Below, in pieces: positions 25,385 through 36,066 of a stretch of 56,170 bases of DNA. Origin of the DNA: Prorocentrum cordatum (taxonomy: Eukaryota); the NCBI GenBank assembly GCA_963575745.1, contig CAUYUJ010000106.1:62001-118170 (forward strand). Direction: 5' to 3'. Both the position numbers and the translations under genes were made by a program. The notes beneath the pieces are model-generated. The model saw nothing but the letters and a program-made list of their open reading frames with translations, was not told where the DNA came from and did not search any database. Position 1 is the first letter of the stretch; each line of letters starts with the position of its first letter.

Positions 25385-26625
25385 CCCACCAGCCCTTTGG
25401 GCGTGAGTGGTTTAAGGAGCTCTCTCTGTTCTCAACCCCCCTTTTTCCCCTTCGGGGAGGGGTTTACCCCTCCCCCTACCCCCTCCCCCTGGACCTGGAG
25501 AGGGGGTTTCGCGGGTCGTTGGAGGGGTCTTTTTCGACTCCTGGGAGGGCTAAAAAACGACGACCCTCACGAGGATTCTGGCCCCGACGGGGGGACTTAG
25601 TTTGGCCCCTCTGCTCTTCTTTAAAACCAAAATCATTGATTTTACTACGGTTTTAGCCCCATTTTGGCGTCCTGGGGGGGCCGCGCTCATGTTCCGTCAT
25701 AGCAAAATCATTGCTTTTACGAAGGTTTTGGCCCCATTTTGTCCTTTTCAGGGGGCAGCTCTCGCTTCCGCTTCTGAGGAGGCCCCCAGAGGGGCCAAGA
25801 TGGCCCCCTAAAGGCCCCCAGGAGGCTCCCAAGAGGCCTCCAAGAGGCCCCCCAGAGGCGCCCAAGCGGTCCCAGGAGGCCCCCAAGAGGCCCCCAAGAG
25901 GCCCCCAAGAGGCCTCAAGAGGCCCCAAGGGGCTCCCAAGAGGCCCCCCAGAGGCCCCCAAGAGGCCCCCCAGAGGCCCCAAGAGGCTCCAAGAGGCTCC
26001 CAAGAGGCCCCACGAGGAGCCCGAACGACTCACACCAGGCCGAGGGGCCCGAACGACTCACACCACGAAGAGCCCGAACGACTCACACCACAAGGAGGGG
26101 CCCGAACGACTCACACCAGGACGAGGCGCCCGAACGACTCACACCACGAGGAGCCCGAACGACTCACACCACGACGCGGGCCCCGAACGACTCACACCAC
26201 GAGGAGCCCGAACGAGTCACACCAGGAGGAGGGGCCCGAACGACTCACACCAGGACGAGGGGCCCGAACAACTCACACCACGAGAAGCCCGAACGACTCA
26301 CACCAGGACGAAGAGCCCGAACGACTCACACCACGAAGAGCCCGAACGACTCACACCAGGAAGAAGGGCCCGAACGACTGACACCAGGACGAGAAACCCC
26401 AAACGACTCAAATCACGAGGAGCGCTTTCTCTCCCTTCTCCTCCGCCTCGTCCTTCTCCCGCTCCCCCCACAAGGAGGATGTACAAGGAGGCGGGAGGAA
26501 GGAGGAACAGGGGAGATATGCGGGGCCAAGCGGACACACGCCTGAAAAACACGACTGTCGGCATGCTTCGCCAGAGTTGCTGCTGTGAGATGGGCTGGTG
26601 GGGATACGCGAAGCGTCAAGAACTT
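25385..26625 (+). mobile_element. Non-autonomous element with asymmetric inverted repeats and terminal hairpins (Helitron2/Helentron-like)
   Basis: 5' CCCACCAGCCC (25385-95) overlaps hairpin GCCC-TTT-GGGC. The subterminal complement GGGCTGGTGGG (26592-602) is followed by ACGC-GAA-GCGT (26606-16). The interior is tandem repeats, and the element interrupts a MITE. Confidence 0.7.
26010..26420. repeat. 25/28-bp tandem repeat inside the asymmetric-IR element
   Basis: CCCGAACGACTCACACCA followed by CGAGGAG or GGACGAGGGG, about 15 units. Confidence 0.95.
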
Positions 26626-26879
26626 GTCCCGAATTTCGGGTTGGGGGGGGTACGGGTTCCATGTTTTTTTTCGACGTTCCCCGACCCCCCCCCACTGGAA
26701 ATGGAAATGGCTCAAGGCCCACGCTGGCCCAAGACTCAAAGGTCAGATTCAGGTCAGATTCAGGTCAGATTCATTTTCGGATTCCGCGGTTCCTGGTGAG
26801 CCCCAGGGCACCGCCTGCCTCCTTGCGGCCAGCAGGTGAGCAGTCTTCTTATCGTACCCGCGCAGCCCTTCTGAGGATC

Positions 26880-28037
26880 ATGGCTTCGAGTGCTTCTCAT
26901 CCAGGTGGCCCCTCTCGCGCACACACACGCGCTCCGGGCACGCCAGTGGGAGTTGGAAGGGAAAGTATCTTACGTAGACGCTTATTCAGTCCTCTGAACG
27001 AGATGGACGGCGACGCCGACGGCCCCGAGGTACACACACTTGCGACTCCTACCCCTACGACTTCACCGGGAGCGCCCCCACCAGCACGTGTAGCCGCACA
27101 GCAGGAGCAACGAGGACAGCAGCCACATCCACCGTCTTTGGACGAGATTGCCAAGATGTTCCGCAAGGTGCAGCCTCTTCGCAACACCATTAGCAGCCTC
27201 GAACGACGCCTTACTGACATGAGCGGGATCATCGAAACCAGGTTCGAGGAGGCGGAGGAGCACATCGAAGACATCTCCATTCGCCTCACCAACCTCGAGA
27301 ACCACCAGAACGCCGAGTTCGAGGATATCACCGCTCGGGTTGCCGCTCTTGAGTCACATCATTCGCGTGCTGATGCAGATTCTGCCGGAGCCGGCTCTGC
27401 ACGCAGTATGGGTTCCGCAGTTGAGGAGAAACTCATTGAGCTCGAGCCCCAAATGGCGGGACTCACCACGGGCAAGCAAATCGAATGCAATGCAATAGTT
27501 GGGGGTCTCGGCAATTTCGATACCTTGCAGCACGCTGCCACATGGATAAACGAACGTGCTCTTCAGCTCGGAGCCCCTGAACCGTCCGATATCTTCATCA
27601 AAGGCGAGTCGTTCCAGCAGATGGCTTTCGCAAAGTTTGATTCCATGAGCGCCCGGGACAAATACGTAAGCATCTTGGGGAGGGCACAGCTGAAGCACCA
27701 AGAGAACAGTATCTGGACACGTCCGGATCAGCCTTTGGAGAAGAGGGTGCCTGAGAGCTTCTTGTGCGGACTCCGGAAGACTTTTTGGGGATGGGGTTAT
27801 TCCAAGAGTGAGGTGCGCGTGGACACGGTGGAACAGAAGCTCAAAGTGGCTAAAGAACCAGTTTGTCATGCACATGTGGCCGGGACGGCTCTCGAAGTTG
27901 CTTGGGAAGGACCTTGGGCAGCCTGGGGCGACCTCACCAACAGCCAGGAGGTGGCCGACCTGAAAGACCGCGCCAACGGGGTTCTGCAGAGGGCCTCTGC
28001 GAAAGGCGGGGGCAAGGGGAAGAAGGGAGGCCACTAG
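26880..28037 (+). CDS. LINE ORF1 protein (coiled coil plus RRM-like region)
   Basis: Open from ATG 26880. Heptad-like segment LRNTISSLERRL...ITARVAALE, then IVGGLG and MAFAKFDS, and a basic GKGKKGG tail. Lies directly upstream of ORF2. Confidence 0.75.
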   Translation: MASSASHPGGPSRAHTRAPGTPVGVGRESILRRRLFSPLNEMDGDADGPEVHTLATPTPTTSPGAPPPARVAAQQEQRGQQPHPPSLDEIAKMFRKVQPLRNTISSLERRLTDMSGIIETRFEEAEEHIEDISIRLTNLENHQNAEFEDITARVAALESHHSRADADSAGAGSARSMGSAVEEKLIELEPQMAGLTTGKQIECNAIVGGLGNFDTLQHAATWINERALQLGAPEPSDIFIKGESFQQMAFAKFDSMSARDKYVSILGRAQLKHQENSIWTRPDQPLEKRVPESFLCGLRKTFWGWGYSKSEVRVDTVEQKLKVAKEPVCHAHVAGTALEVAWEGPWAAWGDLTNSQEVADLKDRANGVLQRASAKGGGKGKKGGH

Positions 28038-28061
28038 GAAATACGACGGCGCATTGGTGAT

Positions 28062-31036
28062 GTGGCAATGGCGCCTACACCCAGCAAATGGGTTACATAC
28101 TCGTGCCGGCCTATAACATGCAGCCGCATTGCGTCCTGGAATGTCGAAGGCATTAGCTTGGACAATACGGTAAAACTATACGAATTAGTTCGGCACATGC
28201 GAAATATGGGCATAGCGGTGCTATGTCTCCAAGAGACACATTGCAAAGGCTCACCCGTATTTGATTTCGAGGGGCACCTCATCATTTTATCTGGCGCCGA
28301 AGGGGACGGAAGAGAGTACGCAGGAGTTGGATTTATTGTGGCCCCTTGGGCTCGCCAATCTATCAAAAGATACCGGCAACAAGACAACAGAAAGGCTTGC
28401 ATTCGTTTACGGGTCACAGGCGGGGTATTGACGCTTGTCACGGCGTACGCGTGGACGAACGAGCACGACTACGACGTCAGGCACGACTTCTTTATGGATC
28501 TTCTGGGGTTCACCAACATGTGTGCTTCACATGGGCCCACTATACTTTTGGGCGACTTCAACGCGAGGCTCTTGCGTCGATTTCCCGGGGAGGAACACAT
28601 CCTAGGAGAGCATATTTTCCAATCCGCGAGGGAAGTGGGATCCCACATCGAACCGAGAGCTACTCATAGAGCTATGCGGGGCATTCGAAGCTACTGTGAC
28701 AAACACGTTTTTCAACAACGGGGACGAGTCCAAGATTACGTACCATGATCTGGGGGTGAAGCCGTCGGAACCGATCGTGCCAGGCAGGTTTGAACAACTC
28801 GACCACGTGGTTGTCGCCAGCACTTGGCTATCTTGCCTTGCAAACGTCTGGAGCGACCGCGGGCGACAATTACAGTCGCATCATTTTGTAAATGTGGTGG
28901 ATATGGAAATCAGCATCGAGAAGCAAGCACGACCAGCACCGCCTCCGAAGTATGACATGACAACTCTACGCTGCCCAAAAACGGCAAAGACGTATGCGGA
29001 GCACTTGGTCGCACATTGGACTCCGGAACACGCTGCCCTGGACCTCGAAGGTAAGGCCGAAACATTGGCCTCATGCATGAAAGAAGCCATGGCGAAATCG
29101 GTACCACTACAACCAGCCGCGGCCCACCGACCGTGGATATCGACCAGGACGTTGAACTTCATTGAGCAGAGGAATGCAGGACGACAGCGTGGAGCCAATA
29201 ACACTGAATTGAGATTACTGAACAAGCATATTCAAAAATCGGCCCGTGCAGACAGACGAAAATGGCTCGACGAAGCAATCGAAAAGGATGGATGGCGGGC
29301 CATTCGGTCCCTCCGGAAAGGGAGACAATTTACTCAAGGTCGTCTTCGAGATCTGAACGGCGACCTGGTGGATGCTACACGGAAGGCCGCCACAATGGCA
29401 GACTACCTTGAACAAGTCCAGTGGCATCTTCCGCCGGCTGTGGATCTGCCTCCTCACGTCGATGTTGAAGACGGTTACTTGAGTATCGATACGAATAACA
29501 TCACCACGGAGGAAGTCAAAAGCGTAATCAAACAACTCCGAGTACAGAGAGCTCCTGGTAACGATGGCGTGCCACCAGAAGTTGGCAATGTTTATGGAGA
29601 GACGTCCAAGCAATAGAGATTCTAAGAGATCTGTGCAACACGTGTTGGCGACAAAAAGACATACCCACGAGCTGGAGGGAAGCATCCATTGTTTCAATGT
29701 CAAGAAAGGGGACACGTCCCAGCCGTGCAACTACAGGCCGATATCGTTATCATCAGTTGGATATAAAGTTCTTGCGAGCATACTTTTGCGCAGATTCCAA
29801 CACGGAGGAACAGAAGAGGCATTACGGGAGTCACAGTACGGATTCAGACCAAAACGTGGCACGAACGACGCCCTCTTTCTGGCAAGGCGGTTGATCGACG
29901 CCGCCTTGGAGGACAAGGATGGCTCCCTTTTGCTCTTGTTGCTGGACTGGAGCAAACAAAGCCTTTGACCGCATTCGGCCAGAAGGACTTCTTCACGCAC
30001 TTCGGCTTTTCCGCGTGCCGCCGCCTATGATACACATGATTGAAGCAATTGATCGGGTGCGAACTTTCGTGGTCAAGAGCGGGACCTCCACGACTTCGAG
30101 CAGAGCCCAAGCGGCAGGGATAGCACAAGGGTGCCCGCTCTCACCATTCTTGTTCATTATCGTGATGTCAATTCTTTTGGATATTGTTGACAAGCAGATG
30201 GCGGAGCACTCGTTGGAGAAGTCCTCCAAACCGTACTTGATCACAGAGGACGTGCTCTATGCAGACGACACATTGTTGATCGCAGACAATCCGGGCTATC
30301 TGCAGAAGCATTTGGATACAGTAGTGCTGGTTGGCCAAAAAAATTGGATTGGACCTCAATGCTGGGAAGACCATCCTTTTACGGAACCGCTCAGACGCCA
30401 CCATCATAGGGCCCGGCGGCGCGGTCATCCCGTGCAAAGAGAGCGCCGTGTACCTTGGCGGGCTTCTGAGTGTAGACGGCCGGCCACGCAGTGAATTGAC
30501 CAAGCGGCCTGGAGAGGCCAAAGGGGGATTTGAGAAAATGCGCACGGCATGGAACCATGCGAACTTAAGTAAACAGCGCAAGTTGCAAGTTGCTGTACGG
30601 CCTCGAATCGTGTATGTTGTTGACGGCAGATAGGGCGAAGCTAGATGCATTTCAAGCGCGATGCCTGAGAATCATCTTCAAGATACCACCGGCGTATTTG
30701 TCTAGAGTCAGTAACGCGGCCGTTCTGCAAACAGCGAATGCACACAGCCTCTATACAATACTGTTGCAACGCCAACTTTTGCTATATGGTAGGCTCGCCC
30801 GGGAATCTCCGAGCAGTCTCCCAAGACGTATGTTGTTTTCCACAGGGAGCCACTCAACCGTCTTGCCTAGAGCGTGGGGTAGCGCGCGTGCCAGAGGCAG
30901 GCCGCGTCTGCAATGGTCAACGTACATGCATTCGCAAGCGTCGGAGCTGTCCGGGCGAAGCCCGGAGCGACTCCAAGGTCTTCTAGGCGACCAGGGGAGC
31001 TGGCGCCTAGCTGTCAAAGCTTGGTGCAATATTTGA
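28062..31036 (+). pseudogene. LINE ORF2 (APE endonuclease plus reverse transcriptase), about 5 frameshifts
   Basis: Motifs across successive frames: IASWNVEG, LCLQETH, GVGFIV, LLGDFNA, TNTFF, APGNDG, KKGD..NYRPISL, QYGFRPKRGT, KAFD, GIAQGCPLSPFLF, LYADD (30258-30269), YLG, LYGLES, RGRPR..W. Confidence 0.92.
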
Positions 31037-31995
31037 TTGATTGATGTTTGCCTCTGCTTCGCTCCTCTCTCCCCCTCCCTCCCTCTCCCCTTCTCCCTTT
31101 CCTCCCCCCTCCTCCTTTCCAGCTGTCTGCAGGTCAACGCATCGCGTCCCATGGGGTACAAAGTCTTCCCGTGGCCGGCAACCGAGCCACCTGCAGCGCA
31201 ACTGATTGTTTACATGTTTTTTGTATATGTTTTGCATGTGCCCGCACGTTGCCATCTGTCACAGTTTTCCTTGCCAATGCGCCGTCTGGGCGCGGCTGTT
31301 GTGTGGGTTGGGTTGGGGTGGTCTGGTAGGTGGTGACCCTCGGGCCCCAAACCGACTTGGGGCTTCGGAGCATCCCCGGCCCGTCAGGGCACCACACGGT
31401 GAGCACGTCGAGAGTACAAGAACCCACTGCTTGGAGTCCACGCTGGCACAAACAGTAAGCTCTGTGCAAACTCTGCCTTGCTCGCGGGGGAGGGGGGAAG
31501 AGGACGACGGGGGGGCCGCGAAAGGAGGAGCGAAATCTGGATGAGGGGCAAGAGGAGGATAGCCAGCGGCCCGTCCAGAACCCCCCCGCCCACAACCAGA
31601 CCCGCACCGGCCCCTCGGCTTGAACTCCACCGCTCGATCCTGGTCAGAATGAGCTTCAATAAGGAGTGAATGTCTTGAGCCTTTTCCACACTTGCTCCCG
31701 AACATCTTCTCCATGCTTTGCCATTCCACCCAATACCCGCAACCTGTGACATGACTGCTTACGCAAATGGCAATATTGATATCGTGAGCTGGGGGGGGGG
31801 GCGAAGGTATCGCCGTCGGTTGACCCGCGGCCCATTTCTGACAACATCTCGACACTTCGCTCTGTTGCCGACCGACTCACCATGATGCTCCATGGTGGCT
31901 GTACTGCTTGTGCAAGTGCCTACACACCGTCCCCGCAGTGACTGCAAACATCAACTCTGCGTTGGCGCGCGGCATGGCAACAGAAGGCGGTGAAC

Positions 31996-32026
31996 CATTC
32001 TTGAAGTAGGTAATGGAGAAGTTGTC
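31996..32026 (-). CDS. PP2C micro-exon (DNFSITYFKN-G)
   Basis: gag|G acceptor, G|GT donor, 31 bp. Its phase-1 end matches the start of the DGHG exon. Confidence 0.8.
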
Positions 32027-32200
32027 CTCCCAAAAGCATTTGCAACTGTGCGAGACGAGCACTCACTCCGAGCACAGTCGAAACGAAGCCAGACCACGTA
32101 CACATGTTGTCAAAAGCCTTCAAACCAAGGAGCATGGTCGAATCGATGTCAAGCTAAGAAAAACAACATCACAGCGCACTTACAACGGGTGGGAACTGTC

Positions 32201-32246
32201 CTGGTTGGGCGTAGTATCTCGATGTCCCTTGCTGCCTTTCTGGCAC
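32201..32246 (-). CDS. PP2C/PPM phosphatase micro-exon (xCQKGSKGHRDTTPNQ)
   Basis: cag|G acceptor, CAG|GA donor, 46 bp. Joins in phase to the DNFS exon to give PNQDNFS, the first PP2C motif. Confidence 0.8.
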
Positions 32247-32565
32247 CTGCACCCCAGAGGAAACAGGACACACACGAGAGAACGTGCAAATGCCGCCGGA
32301 GATGATTTGCGAGGCTGGGATGTACCCCGTGACCACCGCCTCGGGAATCTTCTTCGAGGACGTCCGCAGGCGCTGGTTCTCGTTATACTTGGCCCGCAGG
32401 GCCCGCACAAATCAGTATCCACCGTCTGCCGAGGTCCCCGACGATCGATTGCGCATGCGGTGGTCATGAAAAATCACATCCTCGGAGGGAAACGGAAGAC
32501 GCCCCACCCAGTAGGCCGTCGCTCAGCTTAACACTGAAGAGCACATCGACGCGAGGGTAACACTC

Positions 32566-32585
32566 CAAGTGGCCACGCTGTGACG
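32566..32585 (-). CDS. Candidate micro-exon upstream of the CQKG exon (RHSVAT-W)
   Basis: tttctcacag|C acceptor, TG|GA donor. The phase-2 end would give HSVATWCQKG. The donor context is weak. Confidence 0.35.
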
Positions 32586-33059
32586 CTGTGAGAAATAGCA
32601 CACTGGGCTGATGCACCTACGGACGAGTACGGCCGTTTGCCACTCAATGAAAACGAGCATGTCCCATCCAACATACGCGCGGGCACCTCATCGGCGCACT
32701 TCTTGCGAGGCTGCCAGAAACAGAGGGGCCATAATCTGGGTCCTACCAGAGGCTCCAAGCACAGGAGCCAGCATGGAAGCCGAAATACTGATGTGTCCAG
32801 TGCCCAACCGTTTCGTTTCTTATCCGCCTCTGGCTCGAGATTGACAGAAGACGAACGTCTGCATCATCATAAACGTTCGGCGGCCCGCGCGGATTCCTTG
32901 ATAGGCGCTAGACCACCATCCCTGGCGCGCGGAGCGCGCCTAGGGCGGTGCAGGCGCCGCCGCCAGGGAGGGGGGCGGGGGCCGCGGCGAGGATACCACG
33001 GAACTCCAAAAATGCACGTTGATGCAGCTGTTTTTGGTCCGAACTGCGGCAGGACATGA

Positions 33060-33231
33060 CTACATACCAAGCCACCCCAACCCAACCCGAAGACCCAGAG
33101 CTCGGATTGGGGGGGGGTACGGATTCCATTCGTGTTTTTTGTTTTCACGATATTCCCCGACACCCCCCTCCCACTGAAAATGGATCGCAAATCGACACCT
33201 TCGGGTTGGGTTGGGGTGGTTTGGTGGGTGG
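33060..33231. mobile_element. Intact 172-bp MITE (family B), ~33-bp TIRs, TGA direct repeats
   Basis: TGA|CTACATACCAAGCCACCCCAACCCAACCCGAAG ... CTTCGGGTTGGGTTGGGGTGGTTTGGTGGGTGG|TGA. Confidence 0.8.
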
Positions 33232-33554
33232 TGAAAACAGGTCGGCGGTCCAACTTTTTCAAGTGCAGACCTCGCAACCTCCTGGCCTGGACCAGGACCG
33301 CCATGGACACCGGATTGGCGAAAGACTGGCGGGCTGCGAGGCCTCTGGTGGTCCAAAGGTGATGGTCGTGGGAAAAGGTGCCCAAGCTGCCGCTTGTGCT
33401 GCGAAGTGTTTGGGGGGGGGCTAACAGACGTCGGCATAAACACAAATTCTCGGAGGTCCGCGCGGGGCGGGGTGTCTCGGATCGGCGCTGGACCCCCTCT
33501 GGCGACGCCTCCGGCGCCTCCGAAAAAAAGGCCGCCCCCCTCTGCCTTCCCTCA

Positions 33555-33723
33555 AGTCGGGCATGTCTTCCAAAAATGCGGCTTGTGGACGAAAAATGAA
33601 AAATTAAAATGAAAAACGATCGACAAATATTCAACAATTGTCAACGCACAGTAGTAAATCGTCCCCGGACTAAATTGTTTGACCATTTTTGAATGATTCT
33701 CCTGAAGCAGGACGTGCCCGACT
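33555..33723. mobile_element. MITE family A
   Basis: AGTCGGGCATGTC ... GACGTGCCCGACT. Confidence 0.6.
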
Positions 33724-33884
33724 TAAGCCTTCCCCCTGGGCGCGACGCCAACATTGGGGAGACAAGAAGAGACCGATGCCGCTACTCCGCGGAAGTCTCC
33801 CGAAACCGACCCTCCGAAAATTATGCTGGCGAAATTCCCAACCGCTTGCAAGTGCGAGTACGGCGAGGCAGGAGGACAGGTGGA

Positions 33885-34260
33885 AGGGGAACTCCACATG
33901 GGTGCGCGGGGGGCGTGCCAAAATTGGAGGGGCAACGCAGGCGGACTTTGCCACCGGGGCCTTCGGTGGAGCTCCCAGCGGAGCCCCGAAGCGTGTGAGG
34001 GGTGTGCCGACTGATGCGGGGCCGCCACGCGGGCGCTGCCACTGGGGCCTCTGGCGATGCTCCCTATGGCGCCACGAACCTCGTGAGGGGTGCAGCGACG
34101 TGGAACTGGGCCGCCACGCGGGCGTTGCCATTGGGACCGCAGGTGGAGCTCCCTACGGGGCCACGAAGGCTGGGAGGGGTGAGCCGAAATGGGTGCAGGG
34201 CCGCCGTGCGGGCGCTGCCACTGAGGCCTTCGGCGGAGCTCCCTGCGGGGCCAGAGAGGG
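33885..34260. repeat. Diverged copy of the 89-bp satellite (about 4 units)
   Basis: GGAGCTCCC...GGGGCCACGAA..GTGAGGGGTG...GCCACGCGGGCGCTGCCACTG motifs are shared with 8620-9655. Confidence 0.75.
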
Positions 34261-35966
34261 GTCCCGAGACGGACTTGCGGAGGGCAGAAGCAGAGGTGGG
34301 AAGAGGGATGAGGGGGGAGTGGGAGGATTGTCTCTTTCATAATGGGGGGAGAGATGAGGAGGGATTCATGCGGGGAGCTCTCTTCCAAACGAAGACCCGA
34401 CAGCACGGAGCGCTTAGGAAAATGGAGCACTGTTTCAAAACAGCGCAAGAGGAACCCAGTGGCAGCGACAGGAAACGACACGACGACGAATGACGGGCGA
34501 CACGCGAAAACGACAGGGGCGCGCGGGGCGGGGGAGGCGCGCCGGCCCGCGCGGCCGGCTGGCCTCCGCCCCGCCCGCCGCGGCCCTGCGCAGCCCGGCC
34601 AGCCGGCGGCCCCAATGGGCAAGCGCCTCGGCGAGGCCGCGGAGCCCCGGCGCCGCCCGGCGCGGCGCCTGCCGGCCCACCCGGCCCCGCGCCAAGGGCA
34701 AGCGCTGGCCCTCGGCCACGCCGAGGTCCTGTCGCGCTCGAGGACGGCGTAGACCTCCGCGCGCACCGCCTCGGTCGCCTCCGCGGCCGCCGCGTCCGCG
34801 GCCGCGGCCGGGGCCGCCGCGCCGAAAGGCTCCGCCGACGGGCAGAAGAACAGACGTCGGCAGAATCACAAAACCTCGGAAACGCCGCGGGGCTTCTCGC
34901 ATCGGCGTCAGATCCCCCTGGCGGCACCTCCGGCGCATCCGAGCAAGGCCGGCCCACCTTGCCTTCCCCCTCCCCCCCCCGGGCGCACCGGCGGCATGGG
35001 GAGGACAAGGAGATGCCGATACTGCTAGACTCCCCAGACATCGCCCAGAGCGCGATCTCACTAACAAATCGAACCGAATGCAGACATGGCGACGAGAGCT
35101 TGCCTGGAGGTCCCATAAAAGCAATAACGAAATTGCCTCCTCTGGGACATACAGTCGAGGCTCGGCCACAATAATTCTTCCACAAGAAACCCAACCTGAG
35201 ACCCCAGGACGTCCACTGATATTTGGTGCGGGAACGTCACGATTTCCATAGCCAAACCAACGACAAGCAAGCAACCCAGAGCACCCCGGAGGCAAGCAGG
35301 GTGTTTCTTGGCGTTGGGTCTCCACTGTATATAGTCGGGCTGCTGAAAGAAGGAGCGCTAAATGAGGAACGAAGCCCCTTCTTGGCCCGGTAAGCGCCTC
35401 CGTGCCCCAGGAGGGCAAGAGGAACAGCACCGGAGGAACCTGAGGAACATCGAGCCCCTTCCGAACCTAAACCGTTCCTTATTTCAGCGTCTTGACTGTA
35501 GAACTTTCTCCCTCCCTCCCATCACTGTCCCCTTTGTGGAGGCGCGGGCAGACGGAGGCACATGACAACCGGCGGCGTGCTGCCCGGCAACTGGCGCGCG
35601 CCGTGCAGGAAGGACCACTCCTGCGGCACGGGGCCGCGATCAGATGGGATGAGCCTTACGACCGCCAACGGCGCACGTTCACATGTCATCCAGCTTCTCC
35701 TCCTCCTCCTCCTCCTCCTCTCATCCTCCTCCTCCTTCCTCCTCACTCTCACTCCCTCCTACTCCTCCATTTTTGCCTACTCCCCATCCTCCTTCTCCTC
35801 CTCCTCCTCCTCCTCCTCCTCCTCTGCATCCCCCTCCTCCTCCTCCTCCTCCTCCTTTTTCTCCTCAGCATCCTGGCCTCGAGGCGACCACGCAACTCTT
35901 CGGTGCCGCGGGTGCCGCTGGTGCGGCCCTCCAGGTCGCGGCGGCCATCACCGAGGCCCTGTGGTG

Positions 35967-36066
35967 NNNNNNNNNNNNNNNNNNNNNNNNNNNNNNNNNN
36001 NNNNNNNNNNNNNNNNNNNNNNNNNNNNNNNNNNNNNNNNNNNNNNNNNNNNNNNNNNNNNNNNNN
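35967..36066. other. Assembly gap (~100 N)
   Basis: Run of n characters; true size unknown. Confidence 0.97.

Larger units (their letters stand above)
26706..31304 (+). mobile_element. Non-LTR retrotransposon (LINE with APE endonuclease and RT; RTE-like C-terminus), near full length
   Basis: ORF1 is followed by an endonuclease-RT ORF2. Boundaries are set by interruption of a MITE whose intact copy lies at 33060-33231. Confidence 0.9.
25344..31333. mobile_element. MITE family B copy split by two nested insertions
   Basis: Left TIR CTACCTACCAAACCACCCCAACCCAACCC at 25344 and right TIR at 31305-31333, with TGA on both flanks. The internal MITE segment at 26628-26705 matches the intact copy at 33060-33231. 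Confidence 0.8.

Noticed and set aside
26010..26420. CRISPR-like array of CCCGAACGACTCACACCA
   Set aside because: Intervening sequences are only 7-10 nt and near-identical; this is a simple minisatellite.
26598..26879. Extended N-terminus of the 479-aa ORF
   Set aside because: It spans another element's end, MITE interior and the LINE 5' UTR; ATG 26880 is the plausible start.
35030..35466. Possible cyclic-nucleotide-binding-like FLSEIALW from joining two tiny segments
   Set aside because: Too short, poor donor, and no supporting flanking exons.
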